A stretch of 29,295 nt of DNA, taken from Macrostomum lignano. Lineage: Eukaryota. Below, in pieces: positions 23,701 through 29,295 of the stretch. The DNA lies in the NCBI GenBank assembly GCA_002269645.1, contig NIVC01002298.1, forward strand, positions 156,430-185,724, read 5' to 3'. Numbering within the stretch: position 1 is the first letter of the stretch; the number at the start of each line of letters is the position of its first letter. Both the position numbers and the translations under genes were made by a program. A model generated the notes under the pieces. The model was not told the origin of the DNA. It did no database searches and was given only the letters and a program-made list of their open reading frames with translations.

Positions 23701-24357
23701 TCTACAAATTAACTAATGTCACCTTGGGCAAGTCAGTCAGATTTGATCAGAATTTCATCTACATATTTTTCCGCCTTTTTCTTCCAGAAGCGATTGTCGA
23801 GAGCTTCTACTCGACTATGCGGTCGCAACAGCAACAGGGAGGCCAAACCAACGACACCCTTCAGCTTCGCGCTAAGTTAGCTTGGTTGCTACCACCCATG
23901 GGCGGCGATGCATGCGAAGAATTTCTCGACGACTCTGCGAAACTTTTTTTTAAAGGCGACAAAAGCCGTGGGATTCGTCCACATTGGAGTCCGTTTTTTG
24001 CTGCCAAAACTAAGGACGCCATCGGCAAGGTGCTGCAGAGGCGCGCAGCAGCTGTTTCCCGTGTGCCATTCATCGGCCGTCGGAAGCAGAAGCCCAAAGA
24101 CGGCGACAATAATGCCAATTGATAAATTCATTTAATTGAATCATTCATAATTAATATTACTTCAATTACTTGTAAACTTGTTATTACCACTTACAACTTA
24201 TTATTACTCTTTGTCTGGGTCGGGAGTATGTGGGTTTCTGCATTGTAGTTTGTCGTACAAAAAAAAATTACTTAGTTCACTTGTGTCGTACTGTCGTACA
24301 GCAGGCTAAAACTGAAATTTGCCTTCCGTCGTACACAGAAATCCTTCTGCACCATGG
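17789..24357 (+). mobile_element. Full-length hAT-like DNA transposon, 6569 bp
   Basis: Ends CCATAGTGCAGAAGGA..GTGTACGACGGAA versus CCATGGTGCAGAAGGA..GTGTACGACGGAA (reverse complement of right end); direct repeat TACATGGG at 17781-17788 and 24358-24365; multiple GTCGTAC subterminal repeats; internal DDE transposase gene. Confidence 0.88.
19846..24122 (+). CDS. Intact 9-exon hAT-like DDE transposase, ~1140 aa; exons 19846-20999, 21102-21431, 21534-21704, 21803-22184, 22286-22515, 22609-22870, 22970-23229, 23378-23676, 23788-24122
   Basis: All eight GT-AG introns join in phase by manual splicing (3423 nt, 1141 codons). Motifs: two CxxC..H..H zinc-finger-like segments, IACDKST (D1), VIADGQY (D2), WDPAHFINLAV (C/DxxH), SQRFTSS (RW-equivalent), TEAIVESFYS (E). 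Confidence 0.85.
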
Positions 24358-24551
24358 TACATGGGCAGTGCCGCAGTGGGAGCTAATGGAGCTTGCAGCA
24401 CCAGGGGCATGTGCCCCCCAGAAAATGAGTCCACGTGGTAATTTTTATTTTTTTTCAGATTTTAGGTCCTAATTAGCAGCTTATAAAGGTACCTGTGCCC
24501 CCTTGCCCTGTGCCTGGTGCCCCCCTCAAATATTAGGCTCCGCCGCCCCTG
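24358..24551. mobile_element. Probable short MITE that hosted the hAT-like insertion (left few bases remain at ~17776-17788)
   Basis: Right end reverse-complements to CAGGGGCGGCGGAG; left end CATGGGCAGTGCCG (9/14 match); internal GGGGCATGTGCCCC palindrome; direct repeat CTAATGTA at 17768-17775 and 24552-24559, although the left copy is offset by 7 nt. Confidence 0.4.
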
Positions 24552-25990
24552 CTAATGTACTTCCATAGAAAATAGGCAAGTTATATAATTTTATTGTGCT
24601 GCGTGTGCCACCCCTCTCATAAAACTTCAGATTCCACGACTGCAGAGAGCCAGACAAATTATGCATAAAAAATCTGGATTTTTCTGAAGTATTTTTTAAG
24701 TCTATTGTAATTTTTGTGTGGCGCACACTACTAGTTCTAAAATTGCACGTAACTGTGCAACTTTTCAATTGTAGGCCTATTGCTCATTGACATTGCATTG
24801 CTGGAACTTAAACTTTGTAATTTAAATTATCTAGATCGCTACTAAATCAAAGCAAGTCAAAGCAAATCAAAAATTCAGTAGTTAGTATACATCATGATTT
24901 ATGTACATCGCGCAACTTAGACTTCCGAATTCGAAACGGAGGCTGAGATTCCAAGAAACATAAGTGAAAAGAAACAAATTCTAGGCCTATCCGCAGGAGT
25001 AATGTTATTTTAGACTGGTGAGTCCCATACTTCTCTAGCGAGTAGCTAGTGTTGCAATTACAAAACTATTTTATTACTCGTAATTCCAGAAGTCAGCATT
25101 TTGTTTGAGCATTCAAGGATTAGCTGCTTTTCCACCGCTTTTCACATCAATTTAAGAACCAGAGTCAGTTCGGATCGGATCTTTGTAGAAAAAAACCGTA
25201 TAACTGTTTTAATTTGTTAAATGTTTGACTGCGTTATCAGGCTCACTTTGCACAATTATTTACTTTCTTGGCTATTCCCATTCAATAATTACAACTTTAC
25301 AGCACGTATATATCCTTCTAGTTTAGGAGAAAAAAGTTGTACTTCACAAATTGGATCTGGTTCTAGAACCAGAACAAGCACTATGAAGAGGCCCCATACT
25401 GTTAATGTGCAAATAAATATTTTTATAGTTCTAATTATCAAAGTAATCCAGTTTTTTCTTCTGGGATTCAATTACTATAGTCCAGTTCAGCCAAAACTTA
25501 CGATATTCACGTGCATAAAGTACGAGTAACATGCATGCATTTATATTTACATGTAGCATCCAAGGACTACTCTAGTAGAATGACAGGAAATTACGTTTCT
25601 TGAAAATTTTAGAGGCAGTTTTTACCTAAAAATACATTATGGAGATAGGTTTTCTTTTTTAAACAGAAAATTTTTGGTTTTTGATAGGAGACAGACCCTA
25701 TGCTTATTTTTGATGTGTTGCCTTCCCTATCGCTCTATTGATCTTCATAAAGTTTTTCATCTATAAAAGTATGATTCTATGTTAATTTTATATCCTAGGT
25801 ACATGTTTTCTTTCTTTTCTAACGTAGCCATCAGTAATGAAACAATCACATGCGTAATGTTACGCATTCATGTAGGCATGTAGAAAGAGTAAACAAAGGA
25901 CGCATTTATATTTTCAGCAGGAGCATATAAATGTAACAGTGGCATATTATTCGCACAGCAGCGTTAATGTACAACATTGCAGCCCAAAGC

Positions 25991-26263
25991 TCAGAGCACA
26001 AACGGTATAAGGCCCGTCTGTCAGCAGGGAAGCTGCTGCCAAACTGTTGCCTGTACCACGCGTGCGAGAGCAGGGCGCTGGCCGACTGGTTCACCAGGAC
26101 AAACAGCAGCAGGTGAAACAGCAGCCCGCCACCCCGCCGCCGCCGCCGCTGACGAGGCAAAACAAATTCAGGTAGATAAGCATCTCCAGGTTGTAATGGG
26201 GCGACGACAGGTAGCGGAACAGGTGACCCTGCGGCAGCAGATGCTTGCGGTGAATCACCGCGC
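25991..26263 (-). CDS. SRD5A3: Polyprenol reductase (SRD5A3/DFG10 family), last exon, with two apparent 1-bp deletions (~26133, ~26010)
   Basis: AVIHRKHLLPQGHLFRYLSSPHYNLEMLIY then, after a frameshift, LLFVLVNQSASALLSHAWYRQQFGSSFPADRRA then, after a second, IPFVL*; parallels the SRD5A3 C-terminus (H.IP.G..F.YVSSP.Y..E..IY..NQ..SA..SH..Y..KF..YP..RKA..PF). Acceptor TTTTTTCCTCTAG|. Confidence 0.85.
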
Positions 26264-26321
26264 CTAGAGGAAAAAATTACAAGCATTAAAACCGAGTTTT
26301 AAGAAGACAAGAAGCTTAATG

Positions 26322-27222
26322 AAATGAGGATTTGGGAATATAAACAGATTAGGGAAATGGGGATTCGGAAGATAAACAGATTAGGAAAATGGGGATTTGG
26401 GAAGATAAACAGATTAGGAAAATGGGGATTCGGGAAGATAAAAAGATTAGGGAAATGGGGATTTGGGAAGATAAACAGTTTAGGGAAATGGGAATTTATG
26501 AATATAAACAGATTAGGGAAATGGGGATTTGGGAAGATAAACAGATTAGGGAAATGGGGATTTGGGAAGATAAACAGATTAGGGAAATGGGGATCTGAGA
26601 AGATAAACAGATTAGGGAAATGGGATTTGGGAAGAAAAACAGATTAGGGAAATAGGAATTTTGGGAATATAAACAGATTAGGGAAATGGGGATTTAGGAA
26701 TATAAACTGATTAGGGAAATGGGGATTCGGGAAGATAAACAGATTAGGAAAATGGGGATTTGGGAAGATAAACAGATTAGGAAAATGGGGATTCGGGAAG
26801 ATAAAAAGATTTGGGAAATGGGGATTTGGGAAGATAAACAGTTTAGGGAAATGGGAATTTATGAATATAAACAGATTAGGGAAATGGGGATTTGGAAAGA
26901 TAAACAGCTTAGGAAAATGGGGATTTGGGAAGATAAACAGATTAGGGAAATGGGGATCTGAGAAGATAAACTGAACAGATTAGGGAAATGGGGATTTAAG
27001 AAGATAAACAGATTAGGGAAATGGGGATTTGAAAAGAAAAACAGGTTAGGGAAATGGGGATTTGGGAATATAAACAGATTAGGGAAATGGGGATTTGGGA
27101 AGATAAACAGATTAGGGAAATGGGATTTGAAAAGAAAAACAGGTTGGGAAATGGGGATTTGGGAAGAAAAAACAGATTAGGGAAATGGGGATTTTGGAAG
27201 AAAAACAGATTAGGGAAATTAG
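26322..27222. repeat. Intronic minisatellite, ~33-bp unit GGGAAATGGGGATTTGGGAAGATAAACAGATTA
   Basis: About 27 variant copies filling SRD5A3 intron 26264-27310; higher-order duplication visible (blocks at 26330-26600 and 26680-26970). Confidence 0.95.
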
Positions 27223-27310
27223 AGAACAGCTGCTCCGGCATTGAGATCGGACAGAAGAGAACGCACTGCACAGGCCACACAGTCAAGCAGAAGCACCAGA
27301 AATCTCCCAC

Positions 27311-27417
27311 CTTTTCCGTCCTTCCTCAACGCGGCGAGAGTCTGGGCTGCCTTAAACTGACCCCAGGCCAGCAGTGCGTGAACGGCAGAGTGAGCGATAG
27401 CTTGCGCCAAGCTGATC
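27311..27417 (-). CDS. SRD5A3: SRD5A3-like penultimate exon; 5' boundary approximate, earlier exons lie beyond the window
   Basis: ISLAQAIAHSAVHALLAWGQFKAAQTLAALRKDGK parallels the family segment Q..CH..L..LRK; donor AAAG|GTGGGA in phase 1 joins the last exon (G+GC). Confidence 0.75.
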
Positions 27418-27756
27418 CTGTACTCTGCCATCGGCAATTCAAATACTCGATGAAATTTTCATTCTTATAAAGATATCCCCGTGTGGCCATCTGATCAGGT
27501 TTTTCGCCCGGTAGGCGATCGGGATTTTTGCCCGGTTTGTAATACATTTTTTCCTATCTAAAAACCCGAAAATCCTCGGGAAAGTGGTCTCGAAAACGGA
27601 CGAAGACGGCAGTTTCGTCTGGTTGTTCGTCAGGAATTTCGTAGAGGACATCAGGTATTTTCTCGGGTTTCTCTTCGGCTACTCAAACTGATGAGTACCC
27701 TGAATAAAACCCGACAAATGACCGGATGAAAGTGCAATAGCAGAACCCGGCAAATA

Positions 27757-28483
27757 ACCGGGGCAAAATCAGACTAAAACCTAACGAAAGCGACACGACG
27801 ATCAAACCGGACGAATACCCGGAGCAAAATCAGACTAAAACCTAACGAAAGCGACACGACGATCAACGGACGAATACCCGGAGCAAAATCAGACTAAAAC
27901 CTAACGAAAGCGACACGACGACCCAACCGGACGAATACCGGAGCAAAATCAGACTAAAACCTAACGAAAGCGACACGACGACCCAACCGGACGAATATCT
28001 GGAGCAAAATCAGACTAAAACCTAACGAAAGCGACACGACGACCCAACCGGACGAATATCCGGAGCAAAATCAGACTAAAACCTAACGAAAGCGACACGA
28101 CGACCCAACCGGACGAATATCCGGAGCAAAATCAGACTAAAACCTAACGAAAGCGACACGACGACCCAACCGGACGAATATCCGGAGCAAAATCAGACTA
28201 AAACCTAACGAAAGCGACACGACGACCCAACCGGACGAATATCCGGAGCAAAATCAGACTAAAACCTAACGAAAGCGACACGACGACCCAACCGGACGAA
28301 TATCCGGAGCAAAATCAGACTAAAACCTAACGAAAGCGACACGACGACCCAACCGGACGAATATCCGGAGCAAAATCAGACTAAAACCTAACGAAAGCGA
28401 CACGACGACCCAACCGGACGAATACCCGGAGCAAAAACAGACTAAAACCTAACGAAAGCGACACGACGATCAAACCGGACGAA
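27757..28483. repeat. Tandem array, 61-bp unit CCGGAGCAAAATCAGACTAAAACCTAACGAAAGCGACACGACGACCCAACCGGACGAATAT, ~12 copies
   Basis: Register shifts by 1 nt per 60-nt line from 28021 to 28381; units are head-to-tail with no unique spacers. Confidence 0.95.
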
Positions 28484-29295
28484 AAACCCTGCATCCCTAT
28501 CAAATTGTGTCTACTCTCGGAAATATGTAGTGCCGACTTAGTAAAACATCTACAGTGCGCTTCTGTCAACGGATACCGTGAAGAGTGAAGAAGTAAGACA
28601 ATTGTCAGTTAGTGTTAATACAAAATATGTAACGTTCCATCTTGCAATTCATCAAACTGTTCCAAATCACCTACAAGATCAATATACTCCTCTGTTTTTT
28701 TATTCCAAAGATGTTGTAGAATACAGTCAGTAGGCGCATAGTCGCTAGTCATCTAGGCGCATAAATGCGGGAATTTAAAATCACTTCTGACTGGCCAAAA
28801 GTATGTTGGAATCCCACAGTAGCATGCAGCCTTCAGAAATGTGTGCGATGACAGCATTAAAATGACAATATTTTTATTCTCAGTTTACGTGAACTACGCT
28901 CGTAATGTAACATACGAAGACGCTCATATGGTATATATAAAGATGAGCGGAAAAAATACTGCAAGAGAACAAAACAGGAGCACATTACAGGACATGCAAT
29001 TACAAGAAAATCTTCATGTCAATTGTCAATTATACACTGTGTCTCCCATACCATTTTCAACCAATCCTGAATTAAAGGCTTTCATCAGCTCTTTTCTCCG
29101 GCTCTTGTCCGGTCGAAGAACCAGAGAAAGAACCCGGGCAAAATTCCAGGCGGAATTGTTATTTCATCCGCTTTTACTCCGGATTTGCCTGCGTTACTAA
29201 ATGGTTCCAAACCTGGCGAAGACCGGTAAAAAACCAGAGCACTCGTACGGTTTTTCCTCCGAATTTCGCCTGGTTTAGAAAGCAGAGAAAAACCG

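Noticed and set aside
27757-28483. CRISPR array
   Set aside because: Units are contiguous and near-identical with no unique spacers; eukaryotic context; no cas genes.

Overview
Eukaryotic (invertebrate animal) genomic DNA with spliceosomal GT-AG introns and many tandem repeats; nothing prokaryotic or CRISPR-like. GC-rich exons with GGC/CAG runs and minisatellite-filled introns look like a flatworm such as Macrostomum, which is an inference only. Three minus-strand host genes: a four-TM claudin/PMP22-like gene (~5240-6994), SNIP1/Pml1 (FHA domain; 10719-13499), and the last two exons of an SRD5A3/DFG10-type polyprenol reductase (25991-27417). The interval between SNIP1 and SRD5A3 is a transposon nest: a non-LTR RT fragment split by a 522-bp CAGTG-ended MITE, a decayed DD34D mariner (15936-17250), and a complete 6.57-kb hAT-like element (17789-24357) with bipartite TIRs and an 8-bp TSD. 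By manual splicing, its transposase is an intact 9-exon, ~1140-aa ORF with non-canonical DPAH/RF motifs and eight introns of about 100 nt; this is the most unusual object in the window. Also notable: SNIP1 lacks its own ATG and begins at a phase-0 acceptor (compatible with a spliced-leader-donated AUG), and the host genes carry repeated single-base deletions (assembly error or decay). All alignments and splice joins were done by eye.
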